A stretch of DNA of 64,000 nt. Origin: an uncultured delta proteobacterium. Its GTDB lineage: Bacteria > Desulfobacterota > SM23-61. Positions 11,096 to 24,189 of this stretch are shown here, piece by piece. The notes under the pieces are model-generated. The model searched no databases and had not been told where the DNA came from. It saw only the letters and a program-made list of their open reading frames with translations. Within the stretch, counting starts at the first letter, position 1, and each line of letters begins with the position of its first letter. The stretch lies in the NCBI GenBank assembly GCA_963760605.1, contig CAVXFA010000062.1, positions 6,174 to 70,173 of the forward strand. Reading direction: 5' to 3'. The position numbers were made by a program, and so were the translations under genes.

Positions 11096-11839
11096 ATGGG
11101 TCGTATGCTTCTTGATTTTAGGAATGTGGAAGTGCTTTATAGTAATGTCATCCTGGCCCTCAAGGGTGTGAGCATTGAGGTCTCTGAAGGGAATATCGTT
11201 ACGATTCTCGGTGCCAATGGGGCAGGTAAAACGACCATCTTGAAGGCCATATCGGGTATCCTCACTCTGGAGAATGGCCGAGTGAATAAGGGGGAAATCC
11301 TCTTTGAGGGCAGGAGAATCGATGGAATGGACCCGGCCGAAATCGCCCGGTTAAAAATTTCAATGGTCATGGAAGGGCGAGAACTTTTTCGTTCACTCAC
11401 CGTGGAAGAAAACCTGAAAGTGGGAACTCTTATCCGCAGGGATGATAAGAAAAACATCCGTCATGATTTTGATATTATCTTACAATACTTTCCCCGATTG
11501 AAAGAAAGGAAAAGGCAGATCGCCGGAACGCTGAGTGGAGGGGAACAGCAGATGCTGGTGATCGCCATGGCCTTGATGCCCCGGCCTAAATTACTGCTCC
11601 TGGACGAGCCCTCGTTAGGACTCGCCCCTCTGATGGCTGAGTTTGTTATCCGTGAGGTCAAGAATATCAATGAAAATTTGAAAACGACCATCCTCTTGGT
11701 CGAACAGAATGCTTCTCTCTCGCTCCCGATCTCCCAATTTGTCTATGTGATCACCAATGGCTTGGTCGCCTTGAAATCAAGTGCTGAGGAGATCAAAGTA
11801 AAAGAAATTAGCCATTATTATTTGGGGGTGAGTAGCTGA
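11096..11839 (+). CDS. livF: branched-chain amino acid ABC transporter ATP-binding protein
   Basis: Walker A LGANGAGKTT, signature LSGGEQQ, LivF-type length. Confidence 0.8.
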   Translation: MGRMLLDFRNVEVLYSNVILALKGVSIEVSEGNIVTILGANGAGKTTILKAISGILTLENGRVNKGEILFEGRRIDGMDPAEIARLKISMVMEGRELFRSLTVEENLKVGTLIRRDDKKNIRHDFDIILQYFPRLKERKRQIAGTLSGGEQQMLVIAMALMPRPKLLLLDEPSLGLAPLMAEFVIREVKNINENLKTTILLVEQNASLSLPISQFVYVITNGLVALKSSAEEIKVKEISHYYLGVSS

Positions 11840-11957
11840 ACATCAGGAGGAGGGTAAAATCCAAATAACAAAAAAATTGGATTCAAGACCCGAATTTAGC
11901 AAGGGCGAGTCTAAAATTTGAAAACCCCTCTCCGAGGAGGGGCCCAGGTTAAAAACT

Positions 11958-13034
11958 TCAGGCTGCTTTTTCCATCCACCCGTAAGGATCTTTTATTTTA
12001 CCGTAATGAATGCCCATAATATGGTCGTAAAGCTTCCGTGAAAGAGGACCCACTTTGCCCTCATTGATGAGGTATCTTTTTCCCCGGTGGGCCAGCTTGC
12101 CTACAGGTGAAATCACCGCCGCGGTTCCAGACGCGAAGATTTCCTTCAACTTTCTGGATTCCAGGGCTGAGATCACTTCCTCCAGGCTGATCTTCCGCTC
12201 GAAAACCTTCAGCTCCCAGCTGCGGGCGATGTGCAACACGGAATCGCGGGTTACCCCCGGCAAAATCGTTCCCTCCAGAGGTGGAGTAATCAACTCTTCA
12301 CCGATGTAGAAGAAGATGTTGCTGGTCCCCACTTCTTCGGCATATTTTCGCTCAATGGCGTCGAGCCAGAGCACCTGGGTATACCCCAGCTCGTGGGCCT
12401 CCTCCTGGGCCAGCAAGCTGGCGGCGTAGTTGGCCAAGGTCTTAGCTTCCCCGAGTCCGCCACGCGCTGCCCGGATATATTTCTCCGTGACATAAATATC
12501 TACAGGGTTGAAGCCCTGAGAGTAATAAGCCCCGACGGGCCCAAGAAAGATATAGAAAAGGAATTTTTCGGAGATCTGCACCCCCAACGCCGCCTCCGTT
12601 GCGATCATGTTCGGGCGGATATAAAGAGAGGTTCCCGGGGTGGAAGGGACCCAGTCTTTCTCCAGGCGGATCAGCTGCCGGGTGGCCTCCAGGGCGAACT
12701 CCACATCCAATTCTGGCATGCAAAGCCGCCTCGCGGAGCGGTTGATCCGTTCATAATTCATCCGCGGGCGGAAGAGGTAAATTCCGCCATTCGGCCAACG
12801 ATAGGCCTTTAAGCCTTCGAAGACTTCCTGGCCGTAATGCAGGACCAGAGCCGCTGGGTCTAAGGAGAGGGAATGGTAAGGTTCGATGCGGGGATTTTTC
12901 CATCCCTCTCCCTTCTGATAATCCATCAGGAACATATAGTCTGTGAAATACTTACCAAAGGGCAACTCCTCTCCGGGTAGGGGTTTCTTTTTCAATTTTT
13001 TTGGCGCCGCCTTGATGATTGGAATTTCAGCCAT
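11958..13034 (-). CDS. ilvE: branched-chain amino acid aminotransferase
   Basis: Class IV aminotransferase hallmarks: YFTDYMF...GQEVFEGLKAYR. Confidence 0.85.
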   Translation of the reverse strand: MAEIPIIKAAPKKLKKKPLPGEELPFGKYFTDYMFLMDYQKGEGWKNPRIEPYHSLSLDPAALVLHYGQEVFEGLKAYRWPNGGIYLFRPRMNYERINRSARRLCMPELDVEFALEATRQLIRLEKDWVPSTPGTSLYIRPNMIATEAALGVQISEKFLFYIFLGPVGAYYSQGFNPVDIYVTEKYIRAARGGLGEAKTLANYAASLLAQEEAHELGYTQVLWLDAIERKYAEEVGTSNIFFYIGEELITPPLEGTILPGVTRDSVLHIARSWELKVFERKISLEEVISALESRKLKEIFASGTAAVISPVGKLAHRGKRYLINEGKVGPLSRKLYDHIMGIHYGKIKDPYGWMEKAA

Positions 13035-13120
13035 ATAAAAAGCTCCCTTTGCGCGTTAGTCAAATCATAATAAATTTTTATATCATAAAAGATATCGGAA
13101 AGGAAGATGGAAAAAGATTC

Positions 13121-13867
13121 TTACACAGCCCTGGCCAGCGTCAGAACGTCTACCTGCTTCGCCCCGGCTTTCAGCAAGACCCTGGAGCACTCCTGCACTG
13201 TCGCTCCGGTGGTGAGCACGTCGTCGATGAGCAGGATATGTTTTTCGGCGATTACCTCAGGTCTGCGGACTTCAAAGGCACCGCGGATATTCTTCCGTCG
13301 TTCAGAGCCTGAAAGCTGGGTCTGAGGCTGGGTGTCGCGGGTGCGTTGAAGCGCCGTGAAATCCAAGGGAATGGAGTGCCGGCGACTAATGCGGCGGGCC
13401 AGGAGCAGCGATTGATTAAATCCCCGCTGCCGGAGGCGCTGGGGGTGAAGCGGTACGGACAGGATTAAGGCAAACTCCGAAAAAGGGAAATCAGCGTCCT
13501 TATACTCAGCCAGGAGAGTGCCCAGCGGCTTAGCCAGGCGGGAGGACCCCAGATATTTGAAGCGGGAGATGGCTTCCACGATCAGTCCTTCGTAGGGGCC
13601 GAGGGCTCTGGCCTTTGAGAAGTAACGCTCCTCGGTGAGACACCCGGAACAAAGATGATCTTCTCCCGGCGTTTCCCCAAAGCCCAACCCGCAGCGCGGG
13701 CAGCGAGGGTGGGAAAAGAATTTTATCCCCACGAGGCAATGGGGACAAGGGCGGTCATCGGGGTTTTCTCCTAAGCTTCCCCCACAGAGCAGGCATTTAG
13801 GCGGGAAGAAGAAATCGCCCAAGGCGCGCCAAAAAGGGCTCATCCGCCAGGGTTCTGCCATGAGCAT
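13121..13867 (-). CDS. comFC: ComF-family phosphoribosyltransferase
   Basis: N-terminal Cys-rich zinc-finger-like region (CLLCGG...CPHC...CPRCG) plus a PRTase motif LLIDDVLTTGATV. Confidence 0.75.
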   Translation of the reverse strand: MLMAEPWRMSPFWRALGDFFFPPKCLLCGGSLGENPDDRPCPHCLVGIKFFSHPRCPRCGLGFGETPGEDHLCSGCLTEERYFSKARALGPYEGLIVEAISRFKYLGSSRLAKPLGTLLAEYKDADFPFSEFALILSVPLHPQRLRQRGFNQSLLLARRISRRHSIPLDFTALQRTRDTQPQTQLSGSERRKNIRGAFEVRRPEVIAEKHILLIDDVLTTGATVQECSRVLLKAGAKQVDVLTLARAV

Positions 13868-14032
13868 TCAGCGATCAGGTTAGGGGTTTCGAGTTTCGCG
13901 TCTCTGGTTGCCGGTTGAAATTGTTATTCTTCAGCTACAAGCCATGAGCTACGAGCTATCCGCTACGAGCTTTGAACTGGGAGCGATGAGATTAGAAGGA
14001 GGTAATCGATCTCGAACCCCGCAACTCGCAAC

Positions 14033-14503
14033 TTATTTATGGTACGGCTCTCCGCGCAGGATCGTAAAAGCTCTATAAATCTGTTCCAGGAGCAGCATTC
14101 TGGCCAACCCATGGGTCAAGGTCATGGCAGAAAGAGCGAGGCAAAAATCAGCTTCCTCCTTCAGCGTGGCATCCAACCCATAGGGGCCGCCCACAATGAA
14201 GGCCAGTTCCTTGAGGCCGGAGTTGCTCCATTTTTCTAAGGAACGGGCAAAGGCTTCGGAGGAGAGAGGCTTTCCTCCCTCGTCCACCGCCGCAGTCATA
14301 GCATTGGGGCGGAGTTTTTCTCGGATCCTTCGTCCTTCCTGGCGCAGGATGTACTCCTTTTTCCCCTGGGAAGGGATTTTTTCTTCCGGGACTACAATCA
14401 GGTTGAGACTGGCATATCGCCGGATTTTTTCGGCATAGACCGCGCAGGCTTCCCTTACGAAAGGTTCCGAGACTTTGCTGACGGAAACAAGAGTTAGTCG
14501 CAT
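14033..14503 (-). CDS. rlmH: 23S rRNA (pseudouridine1915-N3)-methyltransferase RlmH
   Basis: SPOUT-type sequence of 156 aa, in the conserved position next to rsfS and nadD. Confidence 0.8.
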   Translation of the reverse strand: MRLTLVSVSKVSEPFVREACAVYAEKIRRYASLNLIVVPEEKIPSQGKKEYILRQEGRRIREKLRPNAMTAAVDEGGKPLSSEAFARSLEKWSNSGLKELAFIVGGPYGLDATLKEEADFCLALSAMTLTHGLARMLLLEQIYRAFTILRGEPYHK

Positions 14504-14892
14504 TATTTCCCCGGGGGACGAGTTCTTCGAGCCTTTCTTACAACCGGCAACTCGACCCTAGGGGCGTCGGACCAGAGCCTCTCCAGGTCGTAGAGTTCTC
14601 GAATCGGATGGTAGAAGATATGGATGACGACATCTCCATAATCCAGAAGAACCCAGCGTCCGTCGCGCTTTCCTTCGATGCCTAAGGGCTGAAGACCCTG
14701 CTTGCCCAATTTTTCTTCGATATGGGAGGCGATCGCCTGAACCTGGCGGTCAGAATTGCCGCTGGAAATCACGAAGTAATCGGTGAAAGATGAAAGACTC
14801 TTCACCTCCAGGATGGCCAGGTCAATGGCTTTGTGGTCCAGTGCCGCTTGGGCGCAGAGGAGAGCTTTTTCTTTCGAACTTGAGGAGATCAA
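14503..14892 (-). CDS. rsfS: ribosome silencing factor RsfS (Iojap)
   Basis: Motif LDHKAIDLAILEV...TDYFVISSGNS. Confidence 0.85.
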   Translation of the reverse strand: MISSSSKEKALLCAQAALDHKAIDLAILEVKSLSSFTDYFVISSGNSDRQVQAIASHIEEKLGKQGLQPLGIEGKRDGRWVLLDYGDVVIHIFYHPIRELYDLERLWSDAPRVELPVVRKARRTRPPGK

Positions 14893-15560
14893 CCTTCCGC
14901 TTCAGTATCCTTCGCTTGATAAAGTTTATTCTTGTATATGAAGGCTTCCGCCGGGGGGGGGATCAAGTACCTCACGGAGCGCCCCTTCTGAATATTCTCC
15001 CGGATCTTTGTCGAAGATATATCCAGGGCCGTAATCTCCTTGGGAAAGATGAAAAAACCTGAAGGATGGGCAAACCCGCCTTTTTGGGGATCATAACAAA
15101 AATTTCCTTCCGGTTCAACGGGAAGGTGCTCGGGGGAGAAATTTTTTTCGAAGCCCGGCCGCGTCATGACGATAAAATGGCAGAGGCTAAAAAGGGCCGC
15201 ATAATCCTTCCAGGTGTTGATCTCCAAGAAGGCATCCAAGCCGAGGATAAAGTAGAGTTGGGTATCCTCTCCGAACCGCTGGCGGAAATGTCCGATGGTC
15301 TGCACGGAATAGGACTTGCCCGGCCGCCGTAGCTCCACCTCGGAGAGAGCGAAGCGGGGGTTGTCGACAATGGCCAGCCGAACCATCTCGGCCCGTAAGG
15401 AAGCGGGAAGAATCTCTCCTTTATTTTTATGGGGTGGATCCGAGGCCGGGATGAAGATCACTTCATCGAGTTCGAAGGATTCACGAATCTCTTCCGCGGA
15501 CCGAAGATGGCCAAGGTGGATGGGATTGAAAGTTCCTCCGAAGAGGCCAATCTTCTTCAT
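14889..15560 (-). CDS. nadD: nicotinate-nucleotide adenylyltransferase
   Basis: Nucleotidyltransferase HxGH motif: [14 protein letters not shown]. Confidence 0.85.
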   Translation of the reverse strand: MKKIGLFGGTFNPIHLGHLRSAEEIRESFELDEVIFIPASDPPHKNKGEILPASLRAEMVRLAIVDNPRFALSEVELRRPGKSYSVQTIGHFRQRFGEDTQLYFILGLDAFLEINTWKDYAALFSLCHFIVMTRPGFEKNFSPEHLPVEPEGNFCYDPQKGGFAHPSGFFIFPKEITALDISSTKIRENIQKGRSVRYLIPPPAEAFIYKNKLYQAKDTEAEG

Positions 15561-16840
15561 GTGCGGATTTGCCCGGAGCCGTAGACGATGAATTTGGTAG
15601 TCGTCAGTTCTTCGACCCCCATGGGGCCGAAGGCATGAAGCTTGCTGGTACTGATTCCAATCTCCGCGCCCAGCCCCAACTCGAAGCCATCGCTGAAGCG
15701 CGTGGAAGCGTTAACCAATACCGTCGAAGACGGAACCTCTCTGAGAAACCTCTGGGCATTGGCATAATCCCGGGTGACGATAGAATCCGTATGGGAGGAG
15801 CCATAACGGATGATGTGGGCGATGGCCTCATCCAGCCCCGCCACGACCCGCACGGCCAGGATCAAATCCAGGTATTCGGCGGTCCAGTCGGCCTCTTGGG
15901 CCGCTTTGATGGACTTCAGGATGCGCCGGGTCTCCGGGCAACCGCGGAGCTCCACGCCGGCGGCTTGGAATTTTTCAGCCATGGGAGGCAGGAATTGGGA
16001 AGCAATCTCTCGGTGAACGAGGAGTGTCTCCATGGCGTTGCAGACTCCCGGACGCTGAACCTTGGCGTTGTAGGAGATGGTTTGGGCCATTTCCAGGTCG
16101 GCGGTGGCGTCCACAAATACATGGCAGACCCCTTTGTAATGCTTGATCACTGGAATTTTGGAGTGGGAGACGACAAAACGGATCAAGTCTTCTCCCCCTC
16201 TGGGGATGATGACGTCGATGTATTCTTCTAATTGCAGCATCTCCTTCACAGCCTGACGGGAAGTGGTGGAAATAACCTGGATGGCTTCGGCCGGGATGGC
16301 ATGCTCCTTCCCGACCCGCTGCAGGATTTCGGCAATCGCCAGGTTGGAGTGGATGGCCTCGGAGCCTCCGCGCAGAATGACCGCATTCCCCGCCTTCAGG
16401 CAAAGCCCGGCGGCATCCGAGGTCACATTCGGACGCGATTCATAGATGATTCCGATCACTCCCAGGGGAATGCGCATCTTCCCCACCCAGAGGCCGTTGG
16501 GGCGTTTCCACATCTTGGTCACTTCCCCGACCGGGTCCGGAAGCAGAGCAATCTCCTTGAGACTATTCGCCATTCCCTGCAGGACACGATCGGAAAGGGT
16601 CAAGCGGTCGATCATGGCCGCGGAGAGCCCGGCTTTCCTGGCCGAAGTGACATCCCTGGCGTTGGCTTTTTTCAGTTTCGGGGCCGATTGAATCAAAGCT
16701 TCGGCCATTCCTTCCAAAGCTAAATTCTTGGTGGAAGTGGGAAGGTTAGCCAGGACGCGGCAGGCCTCACGGGCGTTTCGGGCCACCTGCAGGATTTCGT
16801 TTTTCGGGCTCATGGGTCTCTCCCGGGAAACATCATCCAC
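15557..16840 (-). CDS. proA: gamma-glutamyl phosphate reductase
   Basis: 427 aa aldehyde-dehydrogenase-like ProA, in conserved proB-proA synteny. Confidence 0.85.
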   Translation of the reverse strand: MDDVSRERPMSPKNEILQVARNAREACRVLANLPTSTKNLALEGMAEALIQSAPKLKKANARDVTSARKAGLSAAMIDRLTLSDRVLQGMANSLKEIALLPDPVGEVTKMWKRPNGLWVGKMRIPLGVIGIIYESRPNVTSDAAGLCLKAGNAVILRGGSEAIHSNLAIAEILQRVGKEHAIPAEAIQVISTTSRQAVKEMLQLEEYIDVIIPRGGEDLIRFVVSHSKIPVIKHYKGVCHVFVDATADLEMAQTISYNAKVQRPGVCNAMETLLVHREIASQFLPPMAEKFQAAGVELRGCPETRRILKSIKAAQEADWTAEYLDLILAVRVVAGLDEAIAHIIRYGSSHTDSIVTRDYANAQRFLREVPSSTVLVNASTRFSDGFELGLGAEIGISTSKLHAFGPMGVEELTTTKFIVYGSGQIRT

Positions 16841-16841
16841 G

Positions 16842-16980
16842 AGTTACTAAGGAGTCCATAATTGACCAGACATATTCTTCCAAAATCTCCCCTGACCCCT
16901 CTTTTCCAAAGAGAAATCTCCCTTTTGTAAGGAAAGAGAGATTTGGTCTTCGGTGTCTATATAATTATACTGACTAATAA
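16842..16980. repeat. MITE-like ~140 bp repeat, copy 1 (inverted relative to the copy at 36636-36786)
   Basis: About 90% identical to the reverse complement of 36636-36786. Its ends form imperfect terminal inverted repeats (..GGAGTCCATAATTGACC.. / ..ATAATTATACTGACTAATAA). It sits in the proA-proB spacer. Confidence 0.7.
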
Positions 16981-17007
16981 GTTCCTTAACACAGCCTTCA
17001 TCGGAGT

Positions 17008-19244
<2,237 letters not shown>

Positions 19245-19297
19245 TCAAACCCCTGCGGCTTTCGATGTCCGTTGGCTGGCCTCTCATGGCCATGCGC

Positions 19298-19573
19298 TCA
19301 GATTTGAGCTCCTTCTACCGGGGGAGCATGTACGCTGACTTTCTGGCGCTTCCTGTCCAGCCGTTCGAAGGTGACGATGCCATCGACCTTGGCAAAGAGA
19401 GTGAAATCCTTACCCATCCCAACGTTTGTTCCCGGATGAATGCGCGTCCCGCGTTGTCGAATCAGGATGGATCCCGCATGAACCATCTGTCCCCCAAAGC
19501 GTTTCACTCCCAGTCTCTGACCGGCGCTGTCCCGGCCGTTCCGGGAACTTCCTTGCCCCTTTTTGTGAGCCAT
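19298..19573 (-). CDS. rpmA: 50S ribosomal protein L27
   Basis: [28 protein letters not shown]. Confidence 0.9.
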   Translation of the reverse strand: MAHKKGQGSSRNGRDSAGQRLGVKRFGGQMVHAGSILIRQRGTRIHPGTNVGMGKDFTLFAKVDGIVTFERLDRKRQKVSVHAPPVEGAQI

Positions 19574-19605
19574 ACCAACCTCCTACTAAACCTTTCAAAA
19601 TGCCT

Positions 19606-19935
19606 TCATTGTACACTGATCTCTTTGATCCGCAGGGTGGTATAGGATTGTCGATGCCCCTGCCTCTTGGCATACCCCTTGCGTCGCTTCATCTTGAAGA
19701 CAATGACTTTCTTAGCCCGGCGCTGGGCCAGGATTTCTCCGACGATCTTAACATTGGGAAGCAGGGGCTTGCCCGCCAGAACCTTTTCCCCTTCCGCGTA
19801 GAGAAGAACGTCCTTGAACTCCACCGTGTCGCCAGCTTGGCCGACAATTTTTTCTACCCGAATGGTATCACCCGGGGAGATTTTGTACTGCTTTCCACCC
19901 GTACGGATTATCGCGTACAATTCCATCCTCCGCAA
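19606..19935 (-). CDS. rplU: 50S ribosomal protein L21
   Basis: MELYAIIRTGGKQYK... The real start is probably the internal Met at ~19923. Confidence 0.9.
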   Translation of the reverse strand: MRRMELYAIIRTGGKQYKISPGDTIRVEKIVGQAGDTVEFKDVLLYAEGEKVLAGKPLLPNVKIVGEILAQRRAKKVIVFKMKRRKGYAKRQGHRQSYTTLRIKEISVQ

Positions 19936-19963
19936 TTGAATTTAATATTTTATTTAAAGTTTT

Positions 19964-21526
19964 TTAATCTCTTTTGTCAACGGAAAATTGCCCGTTGCTG
20001 CTCTGGATTTCGAATTGCTCCAGATGGAAATCACTTTTGCCGCTGACGATGATCCGTTTATGGAAGCGCCTTTCCAGCCTTTCCACATCGCCCCGCGCCT
20101 CATCGTACAGGAAGCTGGCTACATTGGGATGGACATCCACCAAAATATTCTCCCCGCGCAAATCGCGGTTGTCCCTTTGGATCTCGCGCAAAATCTCCTG
20201 GCAGACGGTAGAACGGTTTTTCAGAAATCCTCGGCCCTCGCAGTAGAAACAGCGCTCGCTGAGGATTCGCCCCAGGCTTTCCCGGGTGCGTTTCCGGGTC
20301 ATCTCCACCAATCCTAACTCGGAGATCTTCAGGATGTTCGTTTTACTCTTGTCTTTTTTCAAGGCTTCGGCAAGGGCCTGGAAGACCTTCTCCCGACTGG
20401 ATTCCTTCTCCATGTCGATAAAATCGATGATGATGATCCCGCCGATGTTCCGCAAACGGAGCTGGTAAGCGATCTCTTTTACCGCCTCCAGGTTCGTTTT
20501 CAGGATCGTATCCTCCAAATTCCTCTTGCCCACATAACGCCCGGTGTTCACGTCAATGACGGTCAAAGCTTCGGTCATATCGATGACGATGTATCCTCCG
20601 GATTTGAGCCAGACTTTGCGGCCCAGGGCCCGGCTGATTTCCATCTCGATGCCGTAAAAATCGAAGAGGGGCTCTTCCTTTTCGTAGATCTCGATGGAAG
20701 ATTTCAACTGGGGCATGAAGGTCTCGCAGAAATCCAGGATCTTCTGGTATTCCTCCTGCGAATCGATGACGACCCGTTCTACCTCCTGGGTGAAAAGGTC
20801 CCGGATCGCCCGGAGAGTGATGTCCAGGTCTTTGTGGACCAGGCTGGGAACAGGGCTCGTGGCCTTGCGCTTCTGGATGTTGCTCCACATCTTCAGGAGA
20901 AAGTCCAAGTCCTGGAGCAACTCGCCTTCCCCCTTTCCTTCCGAAGCCGTGCGCACGATAAGCCCGCAGCCGGCAGGCTTGATGTGCTGCATGATTTCCC
21001 GCAGCCGGCGCCGTTCGGGTTCGTTCTCGATCCGCCGAGAGACGCCAATGTGATCCACCATGGGCATGAGGACCAAATGGCGACCGGGAAGGGAGATGTG
21101 CGAGGTAATCCGGGCCCCTTTGGTACCCAGGGGTTCCTTGGAGACTTGCACGAGAACTTCTTGCCCTTCGTGGAGCAGATCCTCGATCTGGAAGGGGGTA
21201 TCCAGCTCCAGGATCTCCTCTTCATCGCTTTCCTCGCTGGGGGCCAGCCCATTTCCATCGTCTTCGCGGGCGCGCATCATGAGTTCTAAATCTTCGAAGT
21301 CTTGATGGACGTCCGTGACGTAAAGAAATGCCGCCTTGTCTAATCCGACATCCACGAAAGCAGCCTGCATGCCCGGTAAGACGCGGACCACCCGGCCCTT
21401 GTAAATATTCCCAGTCATTCCCTGTTCGGAACTACGCTCTAAATAAAGCTCGACAAGGACCCCGCTCTCCAGCAGGGCAACCCTGGTTTCGCCCGAATTG
21501 ACGTTGATCAAAATTTCGTTGGACAT
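19964..21526 (-). CDS. rng: ribonuclease G/E family protein
   Basis: S1 domain plus RNase E/G catalytic core, 520 aa. Confidence 0.8.
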   Translation of the reverse strand: MSNEILINVNSGETRVALLESGVLVELYLERSSEQGMTGNIYKGRVVRVLPGMQAAFVDVGLDKAAFLYVTDVHQDFEDLELMMRAREDDGNGLAPSEESDEEEILELDTPFQIEDLLHEGQEVLVQVSKEPLGTKGARITSHISLPGRHLVLMPMVDHIGVSRRIENEPERRRLREIMQHIKPAGCGLIVRTASEGKGEGELLQDLDFLLKMWSNIQKRKATSPVPSLVHKDLDITLRAIRDLFTQEVERVVIDSQEEYQKILDFCETFMPQLKSSIEIYEKEEPLFDFYGIEMEISRALGRKVWLKSGGYIVIDMTEALTVIDVNTGRYVGKRNLEDTILKTNLEAVKEIAYQLRLRNIGGIIIIDFIDMEKESSREKVFQALAEALKKDKSKTNILKISELGLVEMTRKRTRESLGRILSERCFYCEGRGFLKNRSTVCQEILREIQRDNRDLRGENILVDVHPNVASFLYDEARGDVERLERRFHKRIIVSGKSDFHLEQFEIQSSNGQFSVDKRD

Positions 21527-22326
21527 GCATCCAGTTCCTTAAACTGTACCCGCAACTTTTGCACCGTGATCAAAGGCCGATCTGCCTCGGCCCAGCCGAA
21601 GATCAAATCGAGCGCTTCTTCCGGTCTCAGAATTCCTCCTTTGACCGCAGGCAGGACGATCTGCAGCGTGTGGTCATCTATAAATGAGAGGGATTCTACT
21701 GCCTCGTTCAAGTCTAGAAATTTGTTTTTCCTTGGCCAAAAAACTACAACCTTTTCCCCTTTCTGGAGAAGGCCTCCCATTTCTCCCAGGGGCCTTTGTG
21801 AATCTGGAAAGTGGATGATATACAATACATTAAAAATACTATCAAAAATGGATGGGGATTTCAAGGAAATTTCTTGGGTTTCCAAGATTTGGATCCCTGG
21901 GGGAAGAACGGCGTTTAACCGGGAAGCCGTTTCCTGGGTAGAGAGTTTGCCCGGGATGTGGGTATCGAGAAATTCAGCCCAGCTTTCATGACCAACCGGA
22001 AGGGCAGGGCCAAAAGAGACCTTAGGCAGAGGGTGGTGACCTTGGGAATAGACCAGAGGAATCTGAGCCCTGCGGAAGGCGCGGATCATCGCCTGGGCCA
22101 ATTCCAGATGGCCGAGGAATTTTGCCGGCCCGAATTTGGCAAACCGCGAGCGGAAGCGGCGAACGGGGAGCGCGGCCGTATTTAATTTTTGCGCCGGAGG
22201 AGAACTCTGGGACAAAACCCCTGTCCCACTGGCAATCCGGTTGCAGAACAGGTCGGCCTCATAGCAGACCCCGCAGCCGTTGCAGGAGGCGTGCGCGGCA
22301 ATCCGGCGGTCGGGAGGGCCTGGCAA
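21508..22326 (-). CDS. radical-SAM-associated DUF2344 (TIGR03936-like) protein
   Basis: KFGPAKFLGHLELAQAMIRAFRRA is the typical DUF2344 block. It lies downstream of the radical SAM partner. Confidence 0.65.
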   Translation of the reverse strand: MPGPPDRRIAAHASCNGCGVCYEADLFCNRIASGTGVLSQSSPPAQKLNTAALPVRRFRSRFAKFGPAKFLGHLELAQAMIRAFRRAQIPLVYSQGHHPLPKVSFGPALPVGHESWAEFLDTHIPGKLSTQETASRLNAVLPPGIQILETQEISLKSPSIFDSIFNVLYIIHFPDSQRPLGEMGGLLQKGEKVVVFWPRKNKFLDLNEAVESLSFIDDHTLQIVLPAVKGGILRPEEALDLIFGWAEADRPLITVQKLRVQFKELDACPTKF

Positions 22327-22360
22327 GGCCTTGCTTCTTTCCTCTTGCAGAAAAGTTTGC

Positions 22361-24056
22361 TCACGCGGGAATCCAGGTGGTCCCAGGGTAAGGTTTCATC
22401 CAGCTCCCTTGCCGAAGGGGTAAAAAGAAGGGTCTAGCCCGGCACTGAGGAAAAGCCTTCTCCCAGAGGTCATACCGGAAATGTTCCCCCCATCCGTCCA
22501 GCCGGCATCCGAGATGGTAAGCGGTCTCCAGGACCTTGCCCAGCCTGCGGTCGCCCCGGGCAAAGACCCCTTCCAGAAAGCTCAGCCGGGGATCGGCCCA
22601 TTTGAACCGCAGGCCCTGTCGTTCCAAGTTTTGCCGCAAGAATTGATGTTTCTTCCGTACTTCTTCCACGGAGCCTTGTGGTTCCCACTGGAAGGGGGTA
22701 TGGGCCTTGGGGATGAAGGTGGAGATGCTCACGTTGATCTGGGCCGAACCCTTGGCCCGCCGGGCACCCGCAGAGCTTTCTGGCAGAGAGAAACAATCCC
22801 CTGTAGGTCTTCCTCTCTCTCCGTAGGAAGGCCGATCATGAAATAAAGCTTGACCAGCCGCCAGTTAGCCGAGAAGACCTGCTGAATCGTGGAGAGGAGG
22901 TCCTCTTCCGTATTCCCCTTGTTGATGACCCGGCGGAGGCGTTCGGTTCCGGCTTCCGGGGCCAGGGTAAAGCCGGTCTTGCGCACCTCCTGGATCTTGC
23001 TGGATGAGGGATGGGGTGAGGGTTTCGACCCGAAGGGAGGGGAGAGAGACCGCCAGCCGCTCTTCGCGGTATTGCTCCAGGATCGAGGAGAGCAGAGGCT
23101 CAATGCAGGAATAATCCCCCGTGCTGAGGGAAAGAAGGGAGACTTCATCATAGCCCGTGTTTTTCAGTCCCTGCCTTCAACCAGCTGAAAAATTTTCCGG
23201 GGGGAACGTTCCCGCAGGGGGCGGTAGATCATCCCCGCCTGGCAGAAATCGGCACCCCCGGGTGCAGCCCCGGGCGACTTCGATATTCAGGCGATCGTGG
23301 ATGACTTCCATGAAAGGGAGGATGGGGCGGGAGGGGAAAGCTCCCTGATCTAGGTCTGGAAGGATGCGGCGCCGCACTGTGCGAATAGCCCTTTTTCAGC
23401 GGAATGATTTGTTTGATCGGTCCGTCGGAGGTCATATTCCAGCCGGAAAAAAGATGGGACGTATACGCCTTCAAGCCTGGAGAGCCTGCGCAGCAGCTCA
23501 TTTTTGGGTTCCCCGTCTTTCCCGGGAAGCGATGATCTCCCGGCAAATCTCCAAGAGCCACCTCTTCCCCATCCCCCAAGACGAAAACGTCAAAAAAGTC
23601 AGCCAGTGGCTCCGGGTTCGTGGCACAAGGGCCGCCGCCGATAATCAGCGGATCTTTCTCTCCGCGATCCGCGGCCTGGAGGGGGATCCCGGATAAGTGC
23701 AAGATGTTCAGAATGCCAGTATAATTGAGCTCATACTGCAGGGAAAAGCCGATGAGGTCAAAATCTCTTAAGGGCAGGGAGGATTCCAGGGAGGTTAAGG
23801 GAAGGGCTCGATCCTGGAGAAATTTTTCCATATCGGGCCAGGGTGCGAAAGCCCGTTCACAGGCGATCTCCCCAGTCTGGTTGAGGATGTGGTAGAGGAT
23901 CTGAAAACCGAGATGGGACATTCCCACCTCATAGACGTCCGGGAAGGTGAGGGCGAATTTCAGGCGGACGCGACTCAAATCCTTAACCACGGAGTTCACC
24001 TCTCCGCCCAGGTAGCGGGAGGGTTTGGAAACTCGAAGGAGTTCCTCTTTATTCAT
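22361..24056 (-). pseudogene. B12-binding radical SAM protein (TIGR03960-like), split by at least three frameshifts
   Basis: The pieces are ORF 23229..24056 (N-terminal B12-like domain, then nonsense), 23177..23377 (ARGCTRGCRF cluster motif), 22729..23151 (GFTLAPEAGTERLRRVINKG...YFMIGLPTE) and 22361..22732 (C-terminus), all in different frames. Confidence 0.65.
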
Positions 24057-24189
24057 AAAAAAATATTAACATCCCACATCGCGGGTGGCAAATGATTTGT
24101 CTTATGCTAAAATTCTTTACCGCAGAGGGCGCTGAGGGCCCGGCGTTTTCCAAAATCTCTGCGGTAAATTTTTTCCAATTGGAGCAAGG

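Noticed and set aside
15569-16723. Plus-strand ORFs of 160-220 aa inside proA (15569..16231, 16232..16723 and others)
   Set aside because: Antisense shadow ORFs of a well-supported gene, with Arg/Gly-rich nonsense composition.
19964-19975. Possible alternative genetic code to explain the internal TAG and the frameshifts
   Set aside because: TAG, TGA and TAA all terminate well-conserved genes at the expected positions elsewhere in the window (liv, gsp, ribosomal proteins). Standard code 11 applies.
20694-21305. Several 80-150 aa plus-strand ORFs inside rng
   Set aside because: Antisense to RNase G, with low-complexity R/S/P-rich translations.
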